Part shown: in pieces, positions 29,897 to 38,908 of the stretch
Layout of the letters: every line of letters starts with the position of its first letter
Position numbering within the stretch: the first letter of the stretch is position 1
NCBI GenBank assembly: GCA_002070905.1
Contig: MWEF01000002.1
Location: 9,297 to 73,296, forward strand
Reading direction: 5' to 3'
From: Tenericutes bacterium ADurb.Bin087
GTDB taxonomy: Bacteria; Bacillota_I; Bacilli_A; RFN20; CAG-826
Length of the DNA: 64,000 bases
Program-made: the position numbers and the translations under genes
Notes under the pieces: generated by a model
The model's database searches: none
Seen by the model: the letters and a program-made list of their open reading frames with translations, nothing else
What the model was told of the DNA's origin: nothing

Positions 29897-31143
29897 TTTA
29901 TCTTCTTTAGTTCATCCCAAATTGGATCATTAAGATCATTTGTGTCTTTCGTGGGTTGTTCTTCTTTTCTACCTTCATTTAATAGCGGCTCTTTTTGTTT
30001 GGGGCGGCCACGTTTTGCCGTAGGCCGCTCAAGCGTATCGAGTGCATCAAGTGCGGTTGTCACCTTATTGCGCGCTAATAAACTAGCGTTTTTCTCAATT
30101 AAGGCTCTAATTAGTTCATTATTATTATGATAAAGTGTATAAAACACAAGAGCATTAATGACGGGCGCTAGTAAATTATAATCATGCATAAGTGTATTTA
30201 AAATATTATGATCCGCGGGGGCAATTTTCGTTCCTTCATTTAAGTAGAGTAAAAATTCAACGGGTGTCATTGTTTCCATAAGATTAATCCGTTTAATTTT
30301 TTGACTCTCACCCGCGAGTTGTTGGACTGGGCGACGGAGTGGCTTACTTAAGACAGGATACTTCACTAATTCTTGTAAATGTTTATGCATTGCATCAAAA
30401 TCTACTCTACTGCCAAGTGCTTTGTAAGCATCATAAAAGTCGCCAACACGTTCTGCTGTGGCCGCTTCTGTTAAGTTATACAATGTCGCAATTTGTTCAG
30501 CCTTTTTTAATTCATCTGCACTTAATGCCGATGGCAAGATTTTGCGTTCTCTCGTTAAAATATTTAAAAATAGTGCGCGGTCAAATTCAATCTTAATATT
30601 ACCAACAACATTTTCCAGCTGCTGTCCGTTATATAGTTCGTTTCCATTAATATCAAAGATTCGATCCGCATAAATTTCGGCAAAACTAGCGGTTACTTCT
30701 TCTTTATCTAATGTTTCACGATCAAGACTAAAAAGTGTCAATAAGTCTTGCGTATGCCGCGGTCCAAGAATATCATTTAGTAAATTCATAAAGATTGGAT
30801 CGTGACTAAAGGCTGCGGGGTCTTTCGGTGCATATAGTTCAAGAACATATTCACTAAATTCATGATGTTCAACATAAAATGAACGTAAAAGGCCAAGCCC
30901 TTCTAACTTACTTAACGCAATACTAATTTGGTCAAAAGTGAAGCCAAAGTGCTCATGAATTAATGTAAAAGAAAGTGGATCACCTTTACGAAAATCACGC
31001 ATCGTGTATAAATAGCGATATAAAGATGTCCCCGCAAATCCTAAAATTGGTTGATATAAAATGTCTAAAACTTCGAGATGCAATGGTGTTACGTAACCTC
31101 GAACTTTAATCGTATAAAAATCATTACTTTTGATTAATCGCAT
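29893..31143 (-). CDS. dnaB: replication initiation/membrane attachment protein (Firmicute DnaB/DnaD-like)
   Basis: 416 aa. The call rests on conserved dnaB-dnaI synteny and a DnaD-like domain composition. Sequence support is weak. Confidence 0.55.
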   Translation of the reverse strand: MRLIKSNDFYTIKVRGYVTPLHLEVLDILYQPILGFAGTSLYRYLYTMRDFRKGDPLSFTLIHEHFGFTFDQISIALSKLEGLGLLRSFYVEHHEFSEYVLELYAPKDPAAFSHDPIFMNLLNDILGPRHTQDLLTLFSLDRETLDKEEVTASFAEIYADRIFDINGNELYNGQQLENVVGNIKIEFDRALFLNILTRERKILPSALSADELKKAEQIATLYNLTEAATAERVGDFYDAYKALGSRVDFDAMHKHLQELVKYPVLSKPLRRPVQQLAGESQKIKRINLMETMTPVEFLLYLNEGTKIAPADHNILNTLMHDYNLLAPVINALVFYTLYHNNNELIRALIEKNASLLARNKVTTALDALDTLERPTAKRGRPKQKEPLLNEGRKEEQPTKDTNDLNDPIWDELKKIK

Positions 31144-31379
31144 ACGAAATCATTATAGCATAATGTCCGCTGCTAAGCCGTAGTAAATATGTTAGTACCA
31201 TAATTTTCTTTCACTAATAACAATCAAAGATAAATCCGTTATTAGTTCCAAATTGCTAGCTTTTATCGGTTTTTATAAATTGAAAATGAGAAATTCGCAT
31301 TTTCTTTAATATTGACTATTATAAATTAGTCAAATGGTTTTATATCGTGCTAAAATAAACAATATATGGAGGAATCTCT

Positions 31380-32342
31380 ATGGCGGTTAAAGTAGCAGTA
31401 TTAACATCAGGTGGTGATGCTCTAGGAATGAATGCCGCAATTCGGGCAGTAATTCGGAGTGGTCTTGCTTATGGCTTTCAAATGTTTGCTATTTTTGAAG
31501 GGTTCCGCGGTATTTTTGAAAACAAAATCGTCAGCGCGGACAGAACTTTCGTTAGTGAGATTATTATGCGTGGTGGTACGATTTTAAAAACAGCACGTTT
31601 TCCTGAATTTCATGACAATGATGTCGTCAGTAAAGCTGCTGATAATTTACGATTTTACGGAATTACGCACTTAATCGTCATTGGTGGTGATGGCTCATAT
31701 CGTGGTGCCTTTGCCTTAAGTAAGCACGGCATTAAAATTATTGGCATTCCCGCCACAATTGATAATGATGTGATGGGTACCGAGCAAACGATTGGTTTTG
31801 ACACTGCCTTAAATACCATTACGGAGGCTGTTGACAAATTACGTGATACTTCAAGCAGTCATCACCGCTGCTCGATTATTGAAGTTATGGGGAACCGCTG
31901 TGGTGACTTAGCGCTTTATAGCGGCACCGCTTGTGGGGTTGATTTAATTATTTCACCAGAATACAGACCATCGGAAGAAGAAATTATTGAAACACTTAAA
32001 AACATTAACCTTAATCGTGCACGGCACGCACTCGTAATTGTGAGTGAAAAGCAATATGAAAATTTAGATGATTTACGGAAACGCATCGTCACCGAAACTG
32101 GTTTTGATGCCAAAATCGAAGTATTAGGCAGATTGCAACGTGGCGGTTCACCAAGTGCAAGTGACCGTGTCTTAGCGGGCCGACTTGGTGTTTACGCTGT
32201 TGATTTAATCGCTAATGGTATCGATAATGTGTGCGTTGGGGTGATTAATGGGCGATTAAGCCATCAACCAATTGCCGAAGTGACAAAAACGACAAACCCA
32301 AACTTAGATGAATTACTAAATGTAATCGATAAGCTCAAATAG
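31380..32342 (+). CDS. pfkA: ATP-dependent 6-phosphofructokinase
   Basis: 320 aa; motifs LTSGGDALGMNAAIRAV, GGDGSY and the MGR/catalytic Asp (PATIDNDV). Confidence 0.95.
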   Translation: MAVKVAVLTSGGDALGMNAAIRAVIRSGLAYGFQMFAIFEGFRGIFENKIVSADRTFVSEIIMRGGTILKTARFPEFHDNDVVSKAADNLRFYGITHLIVIGGDGSYRGAFALSKHGIKIIGIPATIDNDVMGTEQTIGFDTALNTITEAVDKLRDTSSSHHRCSIIEVMGNRCGDLALYSGTACGVDLIISPEYRPSEEEIIETLKNINLNRARHALVIVSEKQYENLDDLRKRIVTETGFDAKIEVLGRLQRGGSPSASDRVLAGRLGVYAVDLIANGIDNVCVGVINGRLSHQPIAEVTKTTNPNLDELLNVIDKLK

Positions 32343-32358
32343 AAAGGACACCCCTTAT

Positions 32359-33804
32359 ATGTTAAACATTTCCAAGAAAACAAAAATTGTCGCCACGATT
32401 GGCCCTGCTAGTAACACCCTTGAAAAAGTCCGTGAATTAATTGATGCTGGCATGAACGTCATGCGTATCAACTTCTCACACGGTACTTATGAAACACACA
32501 AAATTATTATTGATATTTCTAAGCAACTAATAAAAGAACATATTTACATTCCAACGATGCTTGACACTGCTGGACCCGAAATCCGTTGTCACTTCTTTGA
32601 AAATGGTAAGGTTGAAATCATTAAAGACTCAATCGTGACCATCCATATGAAGGAAATCCTCGGGACAGCGACTGAATTTAGTGTCAATTATCCGAAATTG
32701 GTTGATGATATCCATGTCGGCGATATGATTAAGATTGATGATGGTAAACTTCGGCTTGACGTTATTGAAATTTGCAAACAAAAAAGAGTAATTAAAGTTA
32801 AAGCATTTAACACCCACGTTATTTCTAACCGCAAAGGTGTTAATATTCCTGGCGAACGCATGACTTTACCAGCATTAAGTGACCGCGACCGCAAAGATAT
32901 TAAATTTGGGGTCGAAAACGGGATTGACTTAATCGCCGCTAGTTTTACTAGACGCGCTGAAGACGTAATCCAACTAAAAGAGTACTTAAAGGAACTAGGA
33001 GCGCCAGATATTCCAATTATCGCCAAAATTGAAAATAAACAAGGTGTCGATAATATTAATGAAATTTTGGAGGTGGCTGATGGCATCATGGTCGCCCGTG
33101 GTGATATGGGCGTCGATATCCCACCTGAAGAAGTTCCCGTCATGCAAAGTGACATTATTTTAGAATGTCGCAAAATTGGCAAACCAGTGATTGTCGCCAC
33201 ACAAATGCTTGACTCAATGCAAAGTAATCCACTTCCCACACGCGCAGAGGTTAGTGACGTCGCCACGGCGATTAAAGAAGGCGCGGATGCAGTAATGCTT
33301 AGTGCGGAAACAGCAAGCGGACAATATCCTGTTGAAAGTGCCGCCATGCAACAACGGATTGCGATTACAATGGAACAATTTTTACCATACACGCAACTAG
33401 CAAACTTCGGTTATAACTATTCAAAGAAAAAGCGCAGTGATGCGATTGCCACAAGTGTGGCGTCAACCGCAAACTTAATTGATGCGAAAGCCATTGTCTG
33501 TTTTAGTGAAACAGGTAAAAGTGCAATTCGCATTTCAAAATCACGTCCAAAATGTCCAATTGTGATGGTGACAAGTGATCCCGCGGCTGGAATGAGGGTC
33601 GCCCCTTATTTTGGTATTTTTAGTATTGTAGTTAAAACGCTACCGCAATTAATTGAAGATATGGAAGCTTTTGCACTTATCAAAATGCGGCAACTCGGCT
33701 TAAAACCAAATGATAATGTTATCATTACTGGTGGTACGCCGACGGGAACTGGTTCGACAAACTTTTTACGGATTGTTGCTGTTAATGAATTAGGAGATAT
33801 TTAA
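32359..33804 (+). CDS. pyk: pyruvate kinase
   Basis: 481 aa; motifs KIVATIGPAS, MVARGDMGVDIP and TQMLDSM. Confidence 0.95.
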   Translation: MLNISKKTKIVATIGPASNTLEKVRELIDAGMNVMRINFSHGTYETHKIIIDISKQLIKEHIYIPTMLDTAGPEIRCHFFENGKVEIIKDSIVTIHMKEILGTATEFSVNYPKLVDDIHVGDMIKIDDGKLRLDVIEICKQKRVIKVKAFNTHVISNRKGVNIPGERMTLPALSDRDRKDIKFGVENGIDLIAASFTRRAEDVIQLKEYLKELGAPDIPIIAKIENKQGVDNINEILEVADGIMVARGDMGVDIPPEEVPVMQSDIILECRKIGKPVIVATQMLDSMQSNPLPTRAEVSDVATAIKEGADAVMLSAETASGQYPVESAAMQQRIAITMEQFLPYTQLANFGYNYSKKKRSDAIATSVASTANLIDAKAIVCFSETGKSAIRISKSRPKCPIVMVTSDPAAGMRVAPYFGIFSIVVKTLPQLIEDMEAFALIKMRQLGLKPNDNVIITGGTPTGTGSTNFLRIVAVNELGDI

Positions 33805-34646
33805 TGTATATTATTGCGCTTGACATCGGCGGAACGAATATTCGGGCAGCGATTGCTGATGATAGTGGCAAATTACTTGAAGTCGTAAAAGAAAAAACTT
33901 TACGACATGATAAAGAAATTTTTATCACGCAAGTTAAGGGGATTATTACGCAATTAGACTTAAGTAAATATGATCCTATTGCGATTTCAATTGGTGTCCC
34001 TGGCCGTGTCCGCCAAAACGGCTATATTGACGAATTACCAAATATTGGGATTAATAATATCGACTTAGTCGGCGCGCTTACAAAGACATTTAAACTACCA
34101 GTATCAGTGCGGAATGACGCCGAAATGGCCGCTTTTGCCGAAGCCGCACTTGGAGTTGGTAAAAACCTAAACAGCACTTATTTTGTCACAATTAGCACTG
34201 GAATTGGTGGCTGTTTAATTGTTGATCGTGTTATTAAAAATCCAAGTCCTGAAATTGGTCACACCCTAGTGCCGTATCGCGGTAAATTTTATGAACTTGA
34301 AAAAATTGCTTCTGGCGACGGTGTTATTAATCTTGCGGCGCTCAATAAAATATATTACTCAAATGCCCAAGCCTTCTTTAAAGATGTAACTTATAACGTC
34401 CCTTATGCTTTAAAAATCTTTAATGAATGGTTAGACTTAATTACTGACTTCTTCACCTTTGTGCATGAAGCTTTTACCCCTGATGTGATTGCGGTTACGG
34501 GCGGGGTTTTAAAATCCAAAAAACTATTTTGGGACAAATTATTAGAACGGGTGCCAAACGCTAAGATTGAGATTGCTCATTTTAGTGAAGATGCTGGTCT
34601 AGTTGGCGCGGCAAGTTACGGCTTTAAACTATTCGCCGCAAAGTAA
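33804..34646 (+). CDS. ROK-family glucokinase
   Basis: 280 aa; N-terminal ALDIGGTNIRAA (ROK/sugar kinase fold). The start overlaps the pyk stop. Confidence 0.75.
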   Translation: MYIIALDIGGTNIRAAIADDSGKLLEVVKEKTLRHDKEIFITQVKGIITQLDLSKYDPIAISIGVPGRVRQNGYIDELPNIGINNIDLVGALTKTFKLPVSVRNDAEMAAFAEAALGVGKNLNSTYFVTISTGIGGCLIVDRVIKNPSPEIGHTLVPYRGKFYELEKIASGDGVINLAALNKIYYSNAQAFFKDVTYNVPYALKIFNEWLDLITDFFTFVHEAFTPDVIAVTGGVLKSKKLFWDKLLERVPNAKIEIAHFSEDAGLVGAASYGFKLFAAK

Positions 34647-34689
34647 TTACTACTTGCCTGTAAAGGCAATTACGTGTAAAATTAATTTT

Positions 34690-34905
34690 GGCAACGACAA
34701 AGACAAGAGGTTAATTGCACTACTTACAGAGACCTAGTGGCTGGTGCAAACTAGGAGTAATACTTAACCTTACCACTTTCGAGCCTATTGACGAAGAGTC
34801 AATCGTTAGTCGCGTTATGACTATGAGAGTGCATGGCAACATGAATTAAGGTGGTACCGCGCAAAAATAGCGTCCTTAAAGGGGCGTTTTTTATTTAAAA
34901 AAGGA
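34690..34905 (+). ncRNA. T-box riboswitch leader of thrS
   Basis: AATTAAGGTGGTACCGCGC lies at about 34847-34865, followed by a GC hairpin and TTTTTTATTT. An upstream candidate promoter is TTGCCT..TAAAAT. Confidence 0.55.
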
Positions 34906-34914
34906 GGGGTTAGT

Positions 34915-36810
34915 ATGGAACTCAAATATAAAAATCAAATCGTTAAAGTAAATGAAGGAACGACTGGTTTTGATTTACTCAAAATCCTAAATGTTGAAGG
35001 GAAAGGTAATGTTTTAGTCTATAAACTAAATGGAGAGCTTTTTGATCTAGCGACATCACTACCAAATGGCGGTGACTTCAGTTTTGTGACAAAGGATGAT
35101 GCGGAAGCTTTTGCACTGCTAAACCATGATGCAGCACACCTCATGGCCCAAGCCATTTTAAGTATGTATCCAAAAGCTAAATTTGGGATTGGTCCCGATA
35201 TTAGTGAAGGCTTTTACTATGATATTGATTTTGGCGATGCAATCATTAATGATAGCGACTTAGCAGTTATTGAAGCACGCATGCTTGAACTCTCGAAAGC
35301 TGATTTTCGCGTGATGCGCCAAGTTGTCACTAAAGAAAAAGCACTAGAAATATTTGCAAATAATGAGTATAAAATCGAACTAATTAAAGAAATTAATGAA
35401 CGCATTACCATCTATTCGCAAGGTGACTTTGTTGATTTGTGCTATGGTCCGCATTTACCGAGTACACGTTATGTCCAACACTTTAAACTCTTAAGTTTAG
35501 CGGGTGCCTACTGGCGCGGTGATTCAAGTCGTAAACAATTAACACGTATTTATGGTGTTGCTTTCTTTAGTAAAGAGGCGCTTGATAAACATCTTGCTAA
35601 TCTTGAAGAAGCCAAAAAACGTGATCACCGTAAATTAGGACGCGAACTTGGGCTCTTTATGCTTAGTGAATATGGGCCAGGCTTCCCCTTTTGGCTCCCT
35701 AAGGGCATGAGGCTTTACCATGAACTTGAACACTGGTGGATTAAAAAACAACGCGAAGCGGGTTATGAATTTGTTAAAACACCACAAATTCTTAGTCGTG
35801 AGTTATGGGAAACAAGCGGTCACTGGCTCAATTACCGCGAAAATATGTATACGACACTCATTGATGACCGCGACTTTGCGATTAAACCAATGAATTGTCC
35901 TGGTTCGATTCTTATTTACAATAATGGTTTACATTCGTATAAAGATTTACCAATCCGCATGGCGGAACACGGTCACGTTCATCGTCATGAACCAAGTGGT
36001 TCACTAAATGGATTATTTAGAGTGCGGAGCTTCACGCAAGATGATGCCCACATCTACTGCCGTAAAGATCAATTACAAGGTGAAATTAAGCGACTGTTAA
36101 AACTATATGACGAAGTTTATAAAACATTTGATCTTAGTTACCATATTGAATTATCCACAAGACCCGAAAAGAAATTCATCGGCGATATTAAAACATGGAA
36201 CTTAAGTGAAAAAGCGCTCGCCAAAGCGTGTAAAGCAAGCGGGATTCCGTTTAAGATTAATGAAGGGGACGGTGCATTTTATGGGCCAAAACTTGATTTT
36301 AAGTTACGTGACAGCTTAGGGAGAATTTGGCAATGTGGTACGATTCAATTAGACATGAATTTACCCGAACGCTTCGATATTTCCTATATTGACGCTAATA
36401 ACCAAAAAGTACGGCCAATTATGCTCCACCGCGCTGTCTTTGGCTCAATTGAACGCTTTATTGGCATTTTAATTGAACATTACGCTGGGGCTTTCCCGCT
36501 TTGGCTAGCGCCGACACAAATTGCAATCTTACCTGTAAATAACGATGCACATTTAAAACACGCTAATAGTGTCGTGCGTAAACTTGAAAAAGAGGGGTTT
36601 AGGGTTGAACTTGACGCTAGTAATGAAAAACTTGGTTATCGGTTACGCACGAGCCAAGTAAATAAGATTCCTTACACTCTCGTTATTGGTGATAAAGAAC
36701 AAAATGATAACTTAGTTACTTATCGCAAATTTGGGGCCAAAGACCAAATTACTGTTCCCTATCGTGAATTTATCGCGCTAATTAAACGTGAAATTCGTGA
36801 CAAAGCATAA
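34915..36810 (+). CDS. thrS: threonyl-tRNA synthetase
   Basis: 631 aa with TGS, editing and class II catalytic domains (FRVRSFTQDDAHIYC) plus an anticodon-binding domain. Confidence 0.95.
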   Translation: MELKYKNQIVKVNEGTTGFDLLKILNVEGKGNVLVYKLNGELFDLATSLPNGGDFSFVTKDDAEAFALLNHDAAHLMAQAILSMYPKAKFGIGPDISEGFYYDIDFGDAIINDSDLAVIEARMLELSKADFRVMRQVVTKEKALEIFANNEYKIELIKEINERITIYSQGDFVDLCYGPHLPSTRYVQHFKLLSLAGAYWRGDSSRKQLTRIYGVAFFSKEALDKHLANLEEAKKRDHRKLGRELGLFMLSEYGPGFPFWLPKGMRLYHELEHWWIKKQREAGYEFVKTPQILSRELWETSGHWLNYRENMYTTLIDDRDFAIKPMNCPGSILIYNNGLHSYKDLPIRMAEHGHVHRHEPSGSLNGLFRVRSFTQDDAHIYCRKDQLQGEIKRLLKLYDEVYKTFDLSYHIELSTRPEKKFIGDIKTWNLSEKALAKACKASGIPFKINEGDGAFYGPKLDFKLRDSLGRIWQCGTIQLDMNLPERFDISYIDANNQKVRPIMLHRAVFGSIERFIGILIEHYAGAFPLWLAPTQIAILPVNNDAHLKHANSVVRKLEKEGFRVELDASNEKLGYRLRTSQVNKIPYTLVIGDKEQNDNLVTYRKFGAKDQITVPYREFIALIKREIRDKA

Positions 36811-36868
36811 GTCATTACAAACTTCTACTTCCATGCGATAATATGTGTGGAAAAAGGAGGAAAATGAT

Positions 36869-37480
36869 ATGGCTTTTACATTAAAACCACTTCCATATGC
36901 TTATGATGCACTTGAACCTTACATTGATGCACTAACAATGGAAATTCATCACACAAAACACCACGGAGCATACGTTAATAACTTAAATGCCGCGTTAGCG
37001 AAAGAATCAGGTTTTGAAAATTGGACTTTAGAAAAAATATTAACAAACTTAGAAAAATTACCCGAAAGTATTCGCACGGCCGTGCGCAATAATGGTGGTG
37101 GTGTTTTTAACCACGACCTCTTCTGGACTTTGCTTAAAGTCAATAATGGCAAGGGTCCTGAAGGCAAACTTAAAACAGCGTTAGTTGAAACTTTTGGTAG
37201 TGTTGAAGCATTTAAAGATGCCTTTGCCGCTGCGGCTAAAACCCGCTTTGGTTCCGGCTGGGCGTGGCTTATTGTCACTAAAGATAAAAAACTTAAAGTA
37301 TTAAGCACCGCAAATCAAGACACACCACTACTTGAAGGTCGTCCGATCTTAGCGCTTGACGTGTGGGAACATGCTTATTACCTTAAATATCAAAACCGTC
37401 GCCCCGAATACGTTGATGCATTCTTTAACGTTGTAAATTGGGATGAAGTCGCGCGTTTATACCAAAATGCGTTAAATTAA
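36869..37480 (+). CDS. sodA: Mn/Fe superoxide dismutase
   Basis: [32 protein letters not shown]...DVWEHAYYL. The start is assigned at MAFTL, with RBS AAAGGAGGA. Confidence 0.9.
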   Translation: MAFTLKPLPYAYDALEPYIDALTMEIHHTKHHGAYVNNLNAALAKESGFENWTLEKILTNLEKLPESIRTAVRNNGGGVFNHDLFWTLLKVNNGKGPEGKLKTALVETFGSVEAFKDAFAAAAKTRFGSGWAWLIVTKDKKLKVLSTANQDTPLLEGRPILALDVWEHAYYLKYQNRRPEYVDAFFNVVNWDEVARLYQNALN

Positions 37481-37489
37481 CAATTAAAG

Positions 37490-37652
37490 TTGACAGATTA
37501 TCATATTAGTGATATCTTTATAAGGTCTAAAAGTGGAAAGTAGAAGCGCCCGCTTCTCACCAGATTTACGAGGTAAATTGGTTGATGCTACGATTATATC
37601 GTCTTATTGCGGGTGTCTACTGACGCCCGCTTTTATTAACTACAAGGAGGAA
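37490..37652 (+). promoter_or_regulatory. infC-rpmI-rplT promoter and L20-type transcription attenuator leader
   Basis: TTGACA (37490-37495), a 17-bp spacer and TATCTT. The leader has an upstream CGCCCGC element (37547-37553) that can pair alternatively with the left arm of the downstream terminator hairpin GCGGGTG..CGCCCGC (37609-37630, followed by TTTTATT). Confidence 0.5.
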
Positions 37653-38204
37653 ATGCTTATTTACAACCAAAACCGAGAACGGCCCGAACGCAATACTGAT
37701 TTAGTCAATGAAAACATTCGTTTTCCCGAAGTCTTAGTCATTGGCCCAAATGGCGAACAACTAGGCGTCATGAAAACACGCGCCGCAATTGAACTTGCAG
37801 CAAATCAATATGAACTAGATTTATACTGTGTTAACCCGAATGGCAAACCACCCGTTTGCAAAATGCTCAATTATTCTAAATACCGCTTTGAACAACAAAA
37901 GCGCGCTAAAGAACAAAAACGGAAACAAAAGATTGTCGAATTAAAAGAAATCAGAATGTCACCCGTAATTGATGTGCACGATCAAGAAACAAAAGGGCGA
38001 ATGGCTCGTCGTTTCTTAGAAGATGGTAATAAAGTTAAGGTGACAATCCGCTATCGTGGACGCCAAATGGCGCACATTGAAGTTGGTGAAAAAATATTAG
38101 AAGGCTTTGTTGCATCATTAGAGGAATTTGCTGTCGTTGAAAGAAAGCCATTACTCGAAGGTCGTAACCTAAGTGTTATCTTAGCGAGTAAAATTAAGAA
38201 ATAG
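37653..38204 (+). CDS. infC: translation initiation factor IF-3
   Basis: Conserved IF-3 core (...IRFPEVLVIGPNGEQLGVM...ELDLYCVNPNGKPPVCKMLNYSKYRFE...). The in-frame ATG at 37653 is only 2 nt after RBS AAGGAGG. The ATT at 37659 has 8-nt spacing and is the likely AUU start. The track ORF begins at 37533, inside the leader. Confidence 0.85.
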   Translation: MLIYNQNRERPERNTDLVNENIRFPEVLVIGPNGEQLGVMKTRAAIELAANQYELDLYCVNPNGKPPVCKMLNYSKYRFEQQKRAKEQKRKQKIVELKEIRMSPVIDVHDQETKGRMARRFLEDGNKVKVTIRYRGRQMAHIEVGEKILEGFVASLEEFAVVERKPLLEGRNLSVILASKIKK

Positions 38205-38215
38205 GAGGAAGTTTC

Positions 38216-38410
38216 ATGCCAAAAATGAAAAGTAAAAGTGCTTTAACCAAGCGCGTTAAAGTTACTAAATCAGGCAAATTAATGCGTAAAGCAGCGTATA
38301 CATCGCATTTAGCCCCCCGCAAAACAACAAAACAAAAACGACAATTACGGAAAGTGCGTTTAGTGCATAAGAGTGACGCTAAACGTATTAAGTATTTAAT
38401 TCAAAACTAG
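38216..38410 (+). CDS. rpmI: 50S ribosomal protein L35
   Basis: 64 aa, MPKMKSKSALTKRVKVTKSGKLMRK, a typical L35. Confidence 0.95.
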   Translation: MPKMKSKSALTKRVKVTKSGKLMRKAAYTSHLAPRKTTKQKRQLRKVRLVHKSDAKRIKYLIQN

Positions 38411-38422
38411 GAGGAAGTAATA

Positions 38423-38782
38423 ATGGCAAGAGTAAAAAGTTCACCGGTCACACGTGCCCGTCGTAAAAAAGTTTTAAAACAAGCCAAAGGTTACTTTGGT
38501 TCCAAAAGCTTACTCTTTAAAACTGCTAAAGAGCAAGTCATGCACTCCTTACGTTATGCTTATATCGATCGTCGTCGGATTAAACGTGATTATCGTAAAT
38601 TATGGATTAAACGGATTAACGCCGGCTGCAGAATGTGTGAAATTAGTTATAGCCAATTCATGCACGGCTTAAAATTAGCGAATGTTGATATCAATCGTAA
38701 AATGTTAAGTGAATTAGCAATTAATGATTTTGAAACATTTAAAGGTTTAACCGAAACAGCGAAAAAAGCACTCGCAAAATAA
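38423..38782 (+). CDS. rplT: 50S ribosomal protein L20
   Basis: 119 aa, [26 protein letters not shown], a typical L20. Confidence 0.95.
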   Translation: MARVKSSPVTRARRKKVLKQAKGYFGSKSLLFKTAKEQVMHSLRYAYIDRRRIKRDYRKLWIKRINAGCRMCEISYSQFMHGLKLANVDINRKMLSELAINDFETFKGLTETAKKALAK

Positions 38783-38804
38783 AGTAAATATTTCTTTCTT
38801 AACA

Positions 38805-38840
38805 AAACTGGGAGTAGATTTATGTTTACTCCCTTTTTTA
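38805..38840. terminator. bidirectional rho-independent terminator (rplT and convergent PHP-gene operon)
   Basis: GGGAGTAgatttatgttTACTCCC is followed by TTTTTTA on the + strand. An A/T-rich run on the other side serves the minus-strand operon. Confidence 0.6.
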
Positions 38841-38908
38841 ATTTCTCCACTTTTAATAATTATTTTAAGGACAAACAGTAATTGAAATTTTTAATTAAAT
38901 CTTCTTAT

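Noticed and set aside
32688-33392. 234-aa minus-strand ORF
   Set aside because: It is antisense to pyruvate kinase, and its Ser/Ile/Leu-rich low-complexity sequence has no motif.
37533-37652. N-terminal 40 codons of the infC track ORF (MESRSARFSPDLRGK...)
   Set aside because: They precede the RBS and the conserved IF-3 core and contain the attenuator hairpins. This is leader RNA, not protein.
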